A stretch of 45,842 bases of DNA from Phycisphaerae bacterium (GTDB lineage: Bacteria; Planctomycetota; Phycisphaerae; FEN-1346): the NCBI GenBank assembly GCA_035530455.1, contig DATKUU010000172.1, positions 1 to 45,842 on the forward strand, in the 5' to 3' direction. This document shows, piece by piece, positions 26,018 to 35,700 of this stretch (positions within the stretch are counted from its first letter, which is position 1; each line of letters starts with the position of its first letter). Below the pieces are notes generated by a model. It was not told the DNA's origin and made no database searches. It saw only the letters and a list, made by a program, of their open reading frames with translations. Position numbers and translations under genes: made by a program.

Positions 26018-29000
26018 TCAATCTTCGATACGAAGCTTGATCTCGTCGGAGTTCGCCCTCAACTCGGGGGCGTACATGGCGCTGGCACGGGTCGGCAGGG
26101 CGCTGAACCGGCCCGGGATCTCGGCCCGCATGCGGTAACTCACGCTGTGCTTGCCGCGCGCCAGCCACCGCACAAAGAAGCAGACGCGCTCGTCGCGGAG
26201 TTCCATGTAAGCGCCCAGCCCGCGGCCGCCGTAGCCGCTCTGGAGGTCCACCGGCTCGAAGCCCGCCGCCTTCATGTCCTCGAACATGATGTACTCATAA
26301 TCATTCTTCGACTCGATCTCCAATTCGATCTCCACGAGGTCGCCGCTCTTGAGGAGCGCCAGGTCCTTCAGCGGCTCGCGCTCGAACTTTTCGACCTTCT
26401 GGTCCACGGCCTGGCCGCGCGCGCCAGCGGCCTTGATCGTCTTGTCAACCGGGACCAGGCGATAGTACTTGCGGTCTACCTTGATCTCCAGGCCGGCCCG
26501 CGTGATCGGGTCCTCGAGGGTGAAGTTCGTCAGGTACGCGTTGAAATAGAGGGGGCCGCGGCCGTTCTTGCGGAACTCCAGCGTGTGTTTGCCGTCGGTC
26601 ACGCCCTTGCCCTCCAGCACCACCGTCCCGTCGAAGGTAAAGAGGTTGGTCTTATCGATCTTGACCTCGCGGACGGCCTTCCCATCCAAGAGGATCTGGA
26701 CGGTCATGTCCGAGACATCCTCGCCGGAGGCCTTGATGTAGTCGGCGAAGGCCTCGATGCAGAGGGCCGTGTCGCGCGTGCTGTTCCAGTAGGTGGCGTG
26801 CTTGCGGTTGTTGAGGAGGTACTTGACCAGGCGCGACGCCTTCTCGCCTTTCGGGTCGGTCGCGACGAGGAGTTTCAGGTAGGTGGCGTCGGCCTCGATT
26901 TCGCTGCCGTACCAGCACCACCACCAGGTGCCCTCGGGCAGTTTGAGATAGGCGGTCTGGTTCTCCTCGTCCTGGACAAGGTACTGCTCGACGTTGCGGA
27001 TGAGCATGTCGCGCTCGGCCTGGTGCCCGAGTTTGTGCAGGGCGAGGCCGAACATGGCCTTCGCATAGACCGAGAGGTCGTTGCGGTCGCGATAGAGAAA
27101 TTCGCGCATGTCCTTGTCATCCGACTTCTCGTCCGCCAGGACCATGTAGACGAACGCATCGAGGTTGTCGGCATGGTCCTTCCACGAATGCGGCGGGTCC
27201 TTCTTCATCCCGTTCTTGAGTTTGACGACTTCCTCCGCCTGGTACCGCTTGAGCCACGCGATGCCGCGCTCCAAGACGCCCGGCACGATCGCCACATCGT
27301 TTTCGCGGGCGACCTGGAGTCCGTGGACCACGACGGCGGTCGTGTGCGGCCAGGACCGCTCGCGCCATCCGCTGAACCATCCCCATCCGCCGTCGGAGCA
27401 CTGCATGCTGCCGAGGCGCTCGACGCCCGCCTTGACCATGTCGGCCAGGAGTTTCTCGTCGAAGACGGGGTTGCGGCCGAACCGCTGCCACTGCTTGGCC
27501 CGCTCCGCCGGGTCGCCGATTTCCTGGGCGTTCAGGTTCGTCCGCTTCTTCTCGATGTCCTTAAGGTCCAGGCCCATCCGCATCAGGGCCTTCTGCGTGA
27601 TGACGCTCGGCAGGAACCGGTTCAGCGTCTGCTCGGTGCACCCGTAGGGATACTCCGCCATGTACGGCAGGGCGTCCACCATGGCGGCCGCCAGGGTCGG
27701 CGAGTAGCGGATCTCCAGGCGCGTCTCGTCGGGCCGGCGCTCGGCCGGGACGCGAAGGTCAATCGTCGCCGCGGTCTTCTCCGGCCGGATCACGCCGCAG
27801 AAACTCTCGGTCTTCAGCATCCCATGGACGTAGACCGGGAACTTCATCTCCATGGCGTCGGACTCTTCGTCCGTGAGAGCCTTCATGCGGACGATGGCCT
27901 CGCCGGGCTGGACGACCTTGACGCGCCAATCGACGCGGGCCTCGCCGCCGGCTTCGATGTCGACGATCTTTCCATAAGAGCCAACTGGTTGATCCTGTCC
28001 CACGTGTTCCAAGCAGCCACCAAACATTTCGAGAACCACGTTGACGTTCTTCTTCATCTTCAGATAGTTATGGACGTTGGCCGATAGGACCACCTCGTCC
28101 TTCTGGACGAAGAAGCGGGGCGCCTGGAGGCGTACGAGGAGGTTCTTGGCGGTGACGACTTCGGCCGTGCCTTCGCCGCATCGCGCCCCGCCGCCCATCG
28201 CCCACACGCGGGCTTTCCAGGTGGTGAGGTTTTCGGGCATCGTAAGTTCAACCTCGGCCTCGCCCTTCTCGTTGGTCTGGAGGGCCGCCACCCAGAGGGC
28301 TGTGTCGGCAAACTTCGTCCGGACGGTCGGCTCCAGGAGCGGCGGGGGCGGCCCCTCGCCGCCCATCCCGCTGCCGACGCCGGCCCCCAGTGCATCGGTC
28401 GCCTTATCCCCTGCCACTTCCGCCATGCGTGCCCCGCGCATTGACATGGTTGTGGCCGGCGCCGCGAACGGTACCCCGGCAAAAAGTCCCCCACCGCCGC
28501 TTTCTCGCCTGGCGCCGTTCCAATCGGCTCCTGCTTGCTCCTGGCCCTCACCGGTCTCCTCCGGCACAAGGTATCCGAACACGCCGAGGATGCCCATACC
28601 CCTCTTCCCCGGCGGGACCACGTTGTGGCCGCCCTTGGTGAGGCTGGTCTCGCTCGCGGGCTGATGGCGGCGTCGCCATTTCCAGAAGAACGCCTTGATC
28701 TCCGGGACGTTGGACCCGCCGGAGATGTATTCGACGCTCTTATCGTAGAGCGCGAGGACCGTGGAGCCGCTGTACGGTTCGCCCGTCGGGTCCGTGAGGC
28801 GGACTTTGATCTTGGCCTTCTCGCCGGGCTTGAACTTCTCGGCCGACGGCTTCACGTCAACCTGGAGGACGCGGCTTTCGGGCGGGACGACGATCTCGCG
28901 CATCTCGCTATAGACCTTGCCGCCGCTCACCGTGAGGGCCTCGACGAAGAAGTTCGGCATGTCCTTCTTCTCGACCTCGATCGCCTCAAGAACGCTCTTC

Positions 29001-32000
29001 CCCTTGAGGCGGAGGACCTTGGGCGGCAGGCAGATGTTGTTCGAGGGGCGGATGAAAAGGAGAACGGTGCTCTCGGCCCGGTTCGTGTTGACCATCAGAT
29101 TGACCTTGTCGCCGGGCTTATACTCGCGCTGGTCGGTGACGAGTTCGATGTCGTTAAAGCGGAACTGGCCGCCGTCGAACCCTTCGCCGCGGATGCAGAA
29201 GACGTAACCGCCCTCGATGGCATGCTTCTTCGAGTCGGTGACGGTGTAACTCAGGCGATACTGGCCGGCCTCGGATGCTTTGAGTTGAATCTGTGCCCGC
29301 CCTTCCTCGTCGGTCGCGAGGTCCCACTTCTGGACCTCCGACTCCACGGGCTTGGCGTCCTTGCCATAGGTCACCTTGAACAGGCGCAAGGTCCCCTCGC
29401 CCTGGACAGGCTTCGAGTCGAGGGTCTGGGCCGAGAACGAGGCCCGGACGACGTCGCCGGCGCGGTAGTGGCCGCGATCCACCCAGGCATAGACCTTGAA
29501 CGGACGGCGGGCCACGAGGACGCGGCCCTGGCCGACGATCGTCCGCCGCGACGCGTCGGTCACTTCGACGGTGATGTCGTAGCGGTGGTCCTGGTCACCG
29601 TGAATCAACTTGGCGGGGGCGGTGTCAATCGGGAGTTTGAAAGAGCCGTCCTTATCGAGCGCGGCTTCGCCCTCGGCGACGATCTCGGGCTGCTCGCGCT
29701 GCCAGCGCGGCCACCACCACAGGATCGGCCGGCGGCATCCCCAGTCGCGCCAGCCCGGCCACCACGTGTAATCGTAGGCGAACCACCAGTACCCCGGCTC
29801 GTAGAACCAGTCCCAGAGGCCGAACGGGTACCACGTGGCCGCGTGCTCGGACCGGAGGACCTTGTACTTGACCTTGGCCTCCGTGACAGGCGCGCCGAAA
29901 TAGTATTTGGCCTGGACGCGGGCCTCGATTTTTTCGCCCAGGGCGACCGGCTCGGCGGGGGCCTCGACCTTGACCTCGAACTCAGGCTTCTTGTACTCCT
30001 CGACGCGGAACGAGCCGATCCCAGCACGGCCCGGCAGGCTGACCCCGTAGACGCCGAGGGTGGCCTGGTCGGGGATCTCGAACTCGCCATTGAACCCGCC
30101 GTACTCGTCGGCCGTGTAGGCGTTCTCGAAGACCTTCTCGCCCTTGGGATTATTGATTTGGACGGCGAACTTCTGGCCGGCATACGGCGACTTCCCTTCG
30201 CGGTCGTATTGGGCCTGGTTGGCCCAGACCTTGAACCGGACCTTCTGCTTGGGCCGATAGACCGGCCGGTCGGTGATGAGAAAATACTTGGCCTCGTTGT
30301 ACTCGCGGTCGCGGTAATCGTTGAACCAGATGCCCGTGAAGCCGAGGTAGGCCAGGCGTCCCTCGGGCGTCGTCGCGATGATGAGCCACTGGTAACCCGG
30401 GTCCTGCTGATGCTGGGCGGCGCTAAGGATGAGTTGGCCGTCGGCATCGGCGAACTCGGCAAAATCGCGAGTGAGGATTTCGTAGCGGACGGTGCGATTG
30501 TTCGGCCCCTCTACGGAGTTCTGCGCGTAGCCGAAGAACTCCAGGTTGGCCTTGGCGACCGGCCGGCCGGTGGCGGCGTCGGCCACGAAGTAGTACGTCC
30601 CCTTGTCGAGGGCCTTTTTGACAATGGCCGTGTCGGCCACCCAGAGGACGATGTGGCTGGTGTTGCCGCCGTCCATCTCGGCCGTCACCCAGTACGCGCC
30701 GGCCTTCTGGAGCGGGGTCGCCACGGTGATGCGCTTGTCGAAATGGGCCGGCCGCGGCTCAAGGTCCAGGTCCCACGCGGCGACCTCTCGCCCGACGTAC
30801 TGCTTCTGGTTCTCCTGAAGCAGGCGCTGGCCGATATCCTCGATTTGCATCCTCTTCCCATCGAGTTGCTTGGGGCTGGACTTGAGGTACGCCTTCACGT
30901 CGTCGAGGAGTTTGCGGACGTCAATCTCGTGGGCGGTGAAGCGGACCTTGCGGCCGTTGCGGAACCGGAACTCGACCGTCGCGCCCTGGCCGGCCGGCTG
31001 GGTCATGACGGATTCAAACTGGCCCCAGTTGCCGACGATCTGGTCGACTTGGTATGTCATGTTGGTGCTTTTGTAATACTCGGCCGCCTTGGGATATTGG
31101 CGGCGGTTCTGAAAAATCTCGGCGAGTTTTTGTTTGCTCAGGGTATCATTTATCTCCTTCAAGATGCGGATATAGTTGAACTCCTCCGGCAACTTGAACC
31201 GCTTGATGCCCGTCGCGAGGCGCGCAATCGTCTCGTCCTCGCCGAGCGTGTGGAGGGCCCACGTGCCGCTCTCGTCCTTCTTCGTCTCGTCGGCCTCCCC
31301 GGCGCGGCCGAAGAACCACCGATACTCCGCCATCGTCTGGACGCCAAACTGGTGCCAAAGGAAAATCGCGAAATGCCAATCGGCCGAACGTTTCTTGCCG
31401 GGACCACACTCCGCGGCCTGCATCAAGGCCCAGCGCCACCGCTCGCCGTCGCTGGCGGCGGCCTCCCAACTCTTCGGAATGTGGTAGAAGACGGGGTTCC
31501 CGTCGGCATCGACCGGCGCCCCGCGCGGGCCTCTCCCGCCGTACCCGCCGTAATACCCTTCCTCGTAATCCGGCAGGGTCGCGAGGTCCGTCAGATACTG
31601 GAGCCGCCACGCCTCGTAATAGTTGCGCTGGCCCATAAGCATCAGGGCCAGGTCCAGGTAGAAGTCGCCCACGGCGGCCTTGTTCGCATCCCTGTCGGCG
31701 GCCTTCATGGCGTCGCGCATGAGTTGGAGGGCGCGGACGCGGTCGCGCTCGTAGGCGCTGGCATACGTGCCGCCGCCCCGATGCCCGCCGCGCTCGAAGA
31801 CGCCGGCCACGATGAAGCCTTCATGGCCCACATTCATATATTCCCTGGCCGCAGCCCTCAGAAGTCGCCAGTTCGCGCGGTGTGCGGCAATGACCTTTTC
31901 GCGGAAGGCGTCCATCTCGTTCTGCCGGCCGAGGTTCGCGAGGCAGTTAAGGGCGTGGGCCAGGTCCTCGCCGACCTTCATCGGATCGTCGGCCGGGTCC

Positions 32001-32170
32001 AGCGCCAGGCGAGAGAAGCCCTCGTAGGCATCCTTCCAGTTGCCATCCTTCATCTGCTTGGCGGCCGTCTCGCGGTCGGGCGGCGCGTCCTTGGCGCCGA
32101 ACGCGCTTAAGACCAACAGGGCCGATAGGGTGGAAGCCGCCAAGAGATAGCCCAGCCTTGACCGTATCAT
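26018..32170 (-). CDS. thioester-containing alpha-2-macroglobulin family protein (2050 aa)
   Basis: ATG 32170 gives the signal peptide MIRSRLGYLLAASTLSALLVLSAFGA. A long series of MG-type beta-sandwich regions follows. The thioester motif is EYPYGCTEQTLNRF (CTEQ codons at 27640-27629). The C-terminal part is A2M-receptor-like. Confidence 0.9.
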   Translation of the reverse strand: MIRSRLGYLLAASTLSALLVLSAFGAKDAPPDRETAAKQMKDGNWKDAYEGFSRLALDPADDPMKVGEDLAHALNCLANLGRQNEMDAFREKVIAAHRANWRLLRAAAREYMNVGHEGFIVAGVFERGGHRGGGTYASAYERDRVRALQLMRDAMKAADRDANKAAVGDFYLDLALMLMGQRNYYEAWRLQYLTDLATLPDYEEGYYGGYGGRGPRGAPVDADGNPVFYHIPKSWEAAASDGERWRWALMQAAECGPGKKRSADWHFAIFLWHQFGVQTMAEYRWFFGRAGEADETKKDESGTWALHTLGEDETIARLATGIKRFKLPEEFNYIRILKEINDTLSKQKLAEIFQNRRQYPKAAEYYKSTNMTYQVDQIVGNWGQFESVMTQPAGQGATVEFRFRNGRKVRFTAHEIDVRKLLDDVKAYLKSSPKQLDGKRMQIEDIGQRLLQENQKQYVGREVAAWDLDLEPRPAHFDKRITVATPLQKAGAYWVTAEMDGGNTSHIVLWVADTAIVKKALDKGTYYFVADAATGRPVAKANLEFFGYAQNSVEGPNNRTVRYEILTRDFAEFADADGQLILSAAQHQQDPGYQWLIIATTPEGRLAYLGFTGIWFNDYRDREYNEAKYFLITDRPVYRPKQKVRFKVWANQAQYDREGKSPYAGQKFAVQINNPKGEKVFENAYTADEYGGFNGEFEIPDQATLGVYGVSLPGRAGIGSFRVEEYKKPEFEVKVEAPAEPVALGEKIEARVQAKYYFGAPVTEAKVKYKVLRSEHAATWYPFGLWDWFYEPGYWWFAYDYTWWPGWRDWGCRRPILWWWPRWQREQPEIVAEGEAALDKDGSFKLPIDTAPAKLIHGDQDHRYDITVEVTDASRRTIVGQGRVLVARRPFKVYAWVDRGHYRAGDVVRASFSAQTLDSKPVQGEGTLRLFKVTYGKDAKPVESEVQKWDLATDEEGRAQIQLKASEAGQYRLSYTVTDSKKHAIEGGYVFCIRGEGFDGGQFRFNDIELVTDQREYKPGDKVNLMVNTNRAESTVLLFIRPSNNICLPPKVLRLKGKSVLEAIEVEKKDMPNFFVEALTVSGGKVYSEMREIVVPPESRVLQVDVKPSAEKFKPGEKAKIKVRLTDPTGEPYSGSTVLALYDKSVEYISGGSNVPEIKAFFWKWRRRHQPASETSLTKGGHNVVPPGKRGMGILGVFGYLVPEETGEGQEQAGADWNGARRESGGGGLFAGVPFAAPATTMSMRGARMAEVAGDKATDALGAGVGSGMGGEGPPPPLLEPTVRTKFADTALWVAALQTNEKGEAEVELTMPENLTTWKARVWAMGGGARCGEGTAEVVTAKNLLVRLQAPRFFVQKDEVVLSANVHNYLKMKKNVNVVLEMFGGCLEHVGQDQPVGSYGKIVDIEAGGEARVDWRVKVVQPGEAIVRMKALTDEESDAMEMKFPVYVHGMLKTESFCGVIRPEKTAATIDLRVPAERRPDETRLEIRYSPTLAAAMVDALPYMAEYPYGCTEQTLNRFLPSVITQKALMRMGLDLKDIEKKRTNLNAQEIGDPAERAKQWQRFGRNPVFDEKLLADMVKAGVERLGSMQCSDGGWGWFSGWRERSWPHTTAVVVHGLQVARENDVAIVPGVLERGIAWLKRYQAEEVVKLKNGMKKDPPHSWKDHADNLDAFVYMVLADEKSDDKDMREFLYRDRNDLSVYAKAMFGLALHKLGHQAERDMLIRNVEQYLVQDEENQTAYLKLPEGTWWWCWYGSEIEADATYLKLLVATDPKGEKASRLVKYLLNNRKHATYWNSTRDTALCIEAFADYIKASGEDVSDMTVQILLDGKAVREVKIDKTNLFTFDGTVVLEGKGVTDGKHTLEFRKNGRGPLYFNAYLTNFTLEDPITRAGLEIKVDRKYYRLVPVDKTIKAAGARGQAVDQKVEKFEREPLKDLALLKSGDLVEIELEIESKNDYEYIMFEDMKAAGFEPVDLQSGYGGRGLGAYMELRDERVCFFVRWLARGKHSVSYRMRAEIPGRFSALPTRASAMYAPELRANSDEIKLRIED

Positions 32171-32411
32171 AGTTACCCTTTCTGTGGCAGATTGGATGCC
32201 GCCTATCATAAACCAGAAACTTGTCTGCCCCCAAGTGTTTCCTCGCTGCCTTAGACGTTGTGGAAAGCCGGAAGTTCCGCACGTGCCTCCGAAAACTGTT
32301 ATCGCTGCCCGGACCGCCGGACTTTCAGGTGCGCTCCAGCAGGAGGCTGACGGCATGGACATTTTCCCATCTTGCCGGTTTCCTGGCGGCGTCACCAACC
32401 CACGGCACCAT

Positions 32412-32786
32412 ATGCCCGCCTTCGCGGAAAAGGGGCTTCACATGCTCCATCGCTCTCCCCCGACCTCGACCACCCTCGGCCTTCTCGCCACCGCCCTGGC
32501 CCGCGCGGCTTGTCTGCCCTCTCCTTGCGGGAGCGGGTGGCCGAAGGCCGTGTGAGGGAACCGCAGCACCCTGCGCAGGCAATTCGCCCGGGATCAGAAG
32601 TTCCGCGTCAAGAACGTCGGCGCCGAGCCTGTCTTCTCCGAGTTCCACATCACGAATCCCCAGAGCGGCAAGACCTACCGTGTAGCCATCCGGGGCGGCA
32701 ATCCAGACGGCCGACAGGAGAATCGCCAGGGGAATAAAATGTGCTCGGACTATAACCTTACCTCGACTGGATGGCGCCTTCTTTGA
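32412..32786 (+). pseudogene. possible gene relic with in-frame TGA (product unknown)
   Basis: One plus-strand frame keeps G/C-rich third positions across the whole interval but is broken by TGA at 32553-32555. The distal part (GNRSTLRRQFARDQKFRVKNVGAEPVFSEFHITNPQSGKTYRVAIRGGNPDG...) has no start codon of its own until ATG 32751-32753, 11 codons before the stop. Confidence 0.3.
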
Positions 32787-32796
32787 TGGTCCTGCT

Positions 32797-35700
32797 TTAC
32801 GGTTGGTTTGACTGGTTCGGTGGGGGCTTCTCTGTCGCTGTGTCACCCGCAGACACGGTCACCCCGAACTTGGCCATTGCCTCTGCGCCCTGCGGGCCAT
32901 GGAGGAATCGAAGGAAGTCGTTGAGTACCACATACGTGCCTCTGCCGGGCGGGGCTACGATCAAGATTTCTTGCGGTGCCGAATCGGGCGCATCACGGAA
33001 CAGTCCGAGCCTGTGTACCGGCAAGTCGCCGTCGTAGAGATCTTTGAATTTCAGAAGCTCTTTGGTTGCCACGTCGCCGCTATAAAGTTCCTTGATGGCC
33101 GGGAGTTCATCGGCCGGCAAGGGGCCGACGGCCACGAGGATGTATCCTGATTGGAGCGCGTGATGCACGGAAGAGAACGTGTTAAACCCGCGCGACACGT
33201 GTGGATGCAGTTGGGTGTATTCATACGATGTGCGGGAAATGGCATCGTAAACCTTCTTCGGGACATTCGCCGTCATAAACCCCAGGCTTTCCGTGCACGG
33301 CTGTTCGTCCAGTTCCGGGTTGTAACCTGCCCAGGGCAGATCGCCGATGCCGCGCTCCCCGCGCAGCCATTGGGCGAAACTGTTGCGTTTCGTATCGACG
33401 CGGAAAAGTTGCCCGACCGCACTTTGGAAATACAAGCCCATGAACATAAGTTGCCACTGGGGATGGTTCGGATCGGGCCAGCGCTCCTGAAGCCGGCGGA
33501 GCCGCCCCAGAAACGCCGCCTTGTCGCTCCGCAATTCGTCAACCATCAGGCGTACGAACTCACTGTGCAAGACCTTGTCGGGATGATCGTCGTACCGCCG
33601 CGACCAGTCCTGCACGAGAGGTTCGACCACGGCCGGGTCCGGCCGGCCGTAACGATAACGCAGGTACTGGCGAAGGATGTGCAAGTGGTTGAAGAAGTTA
33701 TAGTAGGCGTAGTCGCGGTGCTCCTTGCCGTTCAGGGTGAACCGCTCGTGATACGCGTGAAGCGCCCCCAGGAGGCGCTGGTAGTAGAGGGTGTCCACGG
33801 CGCTCTCGCCCGCGCGCTTGGACCGTCCGCGTTCTCCCACTATTTGCTGGAGCGCGATGCGGTACGGCGTCAGGACCTCGATGTATCGGTTCGAGCGCTG
33901 GAACATATTGAGGTACCGCTCGGCGGCCCGCAGGAAGGCCGGCAGGTCGTCCATGGCCTGGCACGCATCATTGTAGTTGATGCGGTAGGCCATGGCGGCC
34001 CCGTAGGCGGCGTCCTCCCAGGTCGGATCGAGTTGGGCGGCGCGTTCCAGGTGGCGGATCCGCTCCTGGCTGAGGCGATGCCTTTGCCACTGATCCTCCG
34101 GCGGGCGCTGGAACCCGGAGTGCTGGTAGATGCCGAGGGCCATTAGCTCGCGCGACTTCCGGAGGTACTCCTGTTCCCATCGCTGGTCGAGTAGTTCGAT
34201 CTGCCGGCCGAGGGCCTCGGCCTTGTCGAACTCGATACGGTACTGCTCGGCCGCCCACTCATCCGGCCACTCGGGACCGGCGCTCGGCGGAAGAGGTTCC
34301 TCGGCGGCCGCGCGCAACCCGGTCCGCGCCCAGGCCAGCGCCTGGCTTGCCAGTTTATCGTCGGTCGGGCCCGTCACCAGGGCCGTCGCCATTTCGCGCC
34401 CGTCGCAGGTCCGGCAGAGATGGAGCGAGAGTCGTTGCGGCGAAACGAGTCGGCCTTCCAGGACGTAATCCGCCGCCGGAGTGAACCGCGCGGCGCCTGT
34501 CCGCGAGAGTCCCATCAGGCGAAGCAGGACTTCGATCCGCGCATCCTCCGCCGGCTCGTACGTGGCCAGGAAGAAGCCGCGGTCGTCCGCCAGCCCTCCC
34601 TCCAGCCGGTGCCGCACCCTCTGGGCCCGCTCCAGGTCCGACTCGCCCGGATAGATTCCGCGCACCGTCACGACCAGCCGCGTTCGGGCCTCGTGCAGCC
34701 GGCCCAGGACCGTCGGCCACCACGCGGCCACGCGGTCCCGAAGCGTCGGCTCGAACTCCGTCGGCCGGACCGGGTCCGCCGGCAGCGCCAGCCGGCCCAG
34801 CAAGGTGCCCGTCGCTGCGTGCACGGCCTGGACCTCCAGGTAGTCGCGGTGCCCGATCGTGACCCGCGCGGGGCGGACGAGCACCTCCGCGGTCAGGATC
34901 GCTCCGACCGGTTCCCGAGGCGCTTCGCCGAGCAGGAGCGTCACGTGCTCGTCCAGGACCCGGACCAGTTCCGCCCGATCTACGAGCGTGACGCGGCGGC
35001 TTGCCTCGATGCCGGCCAGGATCTCGCGCTCCCACGCGTCGAGAAACGCGTCCCCCCCGAGCGGGCGGAAACCCGTCAGGTCAAGCGTGGGCAGGAGCGC
35101 CACCACGGCCGTCAGGTTGTCAGGCGGAAGGGGCGCACCCGGCGCGGGCGAGACGACCTCCTCGGCCGGCGCATCGTCCTTGGCCGCAATGTGTCCACAC
35201 CAGTAAAATACCTTCAAATGGTACCGCCCGCCCACGAGCAGGCGGTCTCGAACGAACTGCGCGAAGGCCCGCGCTGTCGCCGAAGCGCCGGGCCGCACCC
35301 CCAGCCAGATCCGGTCGTTGAACGGGTTCCGCCGTTCCTCGCCCTGCGACGACCGGACGGTGAGGATGCGCAGCCCGGAGTCCAGCACGTCCACCGGACG
35401 TTCCGGAAACAGGAACCCGATGGCTTCCGGGTCGGACGCCACCGCCGTCATCGCGCCCCACGAGTCATTGAAACCGTCCATCTTGGGAGGACGAGTGCGC
35501 CGCCCGGCGGCGTCCAAAAGTTCCTTCAGCGGCACATAGAGGTTGAAACTTTGCCCGCCGCGCACCAGGTGGAGAGGCCGGTCCGGACCGCCCAGCGCCT
35601 TCCAGGAGGTGATCTCCCCCGCAACGACGGCGGCCAGCGTGTCGGTGTCAATCTCGTGGAGCGGGGAGTCCGGATGGACCACCACACAGCCGCGCCACCC

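Noticed and set aside
25976-28087. 703-aa plus-strand ORF at the 3' end of the A2M gene
   Set aside because: Antisense shadow with no motifs. The opposite frame is the conserved C-terminal half of the A2M.
28535-32110. 1191-aa plus-strand ORF opposite the alpha-2-macroglobulin gene
   Set aside because: It is an antisense shadow ORF. Its composition is low-complexity and Arg/Gly/Ala/Leu/Val/Asp-rich with no recognisable motifs. The minus frame carries an unmistakable A2M sequence with a thioester motif.
32325-32846. 173-aa minus-strand ORF between the A2M gene and the operon
   Set aside because: Third-position GC bias favours the plus-strand frame over the same bases. The ORF also overlaps the 3' end of the upstream operon gene and has a low-complexity Arg/Gly-rich tail.
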